This document shows positions 62,926 to 64,000 of a stretch of 64,000 nucleotides of DNA, in pieces. A program made the position numbers and the translations under genes. The notes under the pieces were generated by a model. The model did no database searches, was not told where the DNA came from, and saw only the letters and a program-made list of their open reading frames with translations. Numbering within the stretch: the first letter of the stretch is position 1; each line of letters opens with the position of its first letter. Source of the DNA: Candidatus Zhuqueibacterota bacterium (lineage in GTDB: Bacteria > Zhuqueibacterota > Zhuqueibacteria > Thermofontimicrobiales > Thermofontimicrobiaceae); the NCBI GenBank assembly GCA_049322915.1, contig JBMOPW010000020.1:64001-128000 (forward strand). Direction: 5' to 3'.

Positions 62926-63306
62926 TCATTCCGCGGCCAGACATAGCAGTTCGACGCAGCAGATAGTTTCAGTCACTTTATGGAGGTCCACTGGTTTTTT
63001 GATGTAATCAAAAGCGCCGAGTTTGAGCGTCTCCAGCGCGATCTCCTCGGAGACATTTCCGGAAATCATGATCACCGGGATGTCCGAATTGAGTTCTTTC
63101 ACCATTTTCAATATCTGCATGCCGTTCATGGCCGGCAACTGTATATCGAGAAAAATCAGATCCAGCGGGTGTTGCTTAATGATGGCTGCGGCTTCAATAC
63201 CGTCCTTTGCCTGTAGCACAACAAATCCCTGTCTGCTCAGAAATGAATCCAGCAGAGAACGGATGAAATCCTCATCATCAACGATTAGTATTGTTTTCAC
63301 ACTCAT
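62926..63306 (-). CDS. Single-domain response regulator
   Basis: ILIVDDE, FLDIQLP, MISG, DYIKKP. Confidence 0.93.
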   Translation of the reverse strand: MSVKTILIVDDEDFIRSLLDSFLSRQGFVVLQAKDGIEAAAIIKQHPLDLIFLDIQLPAMNGMQILKMVKELNSDIPVIMISGNVSEEIALETLKLGAFDYIKKPVDLHKVTETICCVELLCLAAE

Positions 63307-63321
63307 GAAATAACCTTCAAT

Positions 63322-64000
63322 TTATGTTATAATCTGTTCTGCAATTTTTGAGATATGGATTAGCGGGTAATCCATTAGGTTTCGTGTATCCGGGAGTTTA
63401 CTATTCCCTTCGGATGCGGATTGAATAATTTTCACAATCGGACGAAGCGGCTGATGTTCATTGATGTCGATGACTTCGGCGATTTCGCCGGTGTTGAGCA
63501 ACACCGTGCTTCCGATTGGGTAAAAAGATATTTTCGTGACCAGCACTTTTTTCAACTGGCTCTGAAAATATTTCTTGTCCAATTTGATCAAATTGTTGAC
63601 GGCGGCTGTGGGATTCATCCGCGGTCGCCAGGGCCGGTCATGGATCATGGCCTCGAAATAATCGCACAGCCCGATGATCTGGGAGAGCTGATTAATATCT
63701 TTCAAGCGCTTTTGATTGGGATAACCGATCCCTCCGCTGCGCTCGTGCTCCTGCAGAATGATATTGGCCATTTCATGGATCATGTCATCGGAATGGAGGG
63801 CGGCCAGTGTGCGCACCAGATTCCTCCCCCAGACAGGATGGTGCTTCACCAATGCCGCCTCTTCGGCTGTTAGCTGGCTCTTCTTGTACACAACAGCTTC
63901 GGACAGTTTCATCATCCCAATGTCATGAATCAGCGCCGTTGTCGTCGCCAGCAAGCGCTTATCCGGTTCAGATAGCAGCGCCGGGCTGACGAACGCAACC
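63322..64000 (-). CDS. HD-GYP domain phosphodiesterase, 5'-partial
   Basis: LIHDIG, HHP, EHERSGGIGYP, DRPWR motifs. Confidence 0.9.
   Translation of the reverse strand, partial: VAFVSPALLSEPDKRLLATTTALIHDIGMMKLSEAVVYKKSQLTAEEAALVKHHPVWGRNLVRTLAALHSDDMIHEMANIILQEHERSGGIGYPNQKRLKDINQLSQIIGLCDYFEAMIHDRPWRPRMNPTAAVNNLIKLDKKYFQSQLKKVLVTKISFYPIGSTVLLNTGEIAEVIDINEHQPLRPIVKIIQSASEGNSKLPDTRNLMDYPLIHISKIAEQIIT

Overview
Bacterial chromosomal window. The QNYPNPFNP-type C-terminal sorting domain, the kinase-less PASTA gene and the intergenic repeat families suggest the FCB superphylum (KSB1/Calditrichota/Ignavibacteria-like); this is an inference. 1-6.4 kb: MacAB-type ABC exporter, then arsenic genes (arsM, two thioredoxins, a decayed arsP-like permease). 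6.4-10.2 kb: a decayed type III restriction locus holding two orphan pseudogenised PD-(D/E)xK nuclease 3' ends, a hicBA toxin-antitoxin pair and a tandemly duplicated coiled-coil gene. 10-24 kb: accessory genes (TPR protein, secreted glycoside hydrolase, ECF sigma/anti-sigma/Spy/Cys-rich operon, dcd, ccmCD, MATE, radical SAM plus an IscU-methyltransferase fusion). 23.9-24.9 kb: nested MITE-like repeats. 25-38 kb: housekeeping block (radA, tgt, yajC, def, fmt, rsmB, PASTA, rpe, csp, xerD, birA, coaX). 39-51 kb: pseudo-histidine kinase with a sigma54 activator, M14 peptidase, phosphoesterase, tamB-tamA. 51-64 kb: a receiver-TM-lytic transglycosylase fusion and a large two-component/HD-GYP cluster. 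The best candidates for undescribed systems are the REC-TM-SLT fusion, the radical SAM/IscU-methyltransferase pair and the orphan-nuclease array behind the type III res gene. No rRNA, tRNA or CRISPR array was found. All calls come from motif recognition by eye, with no database searches.
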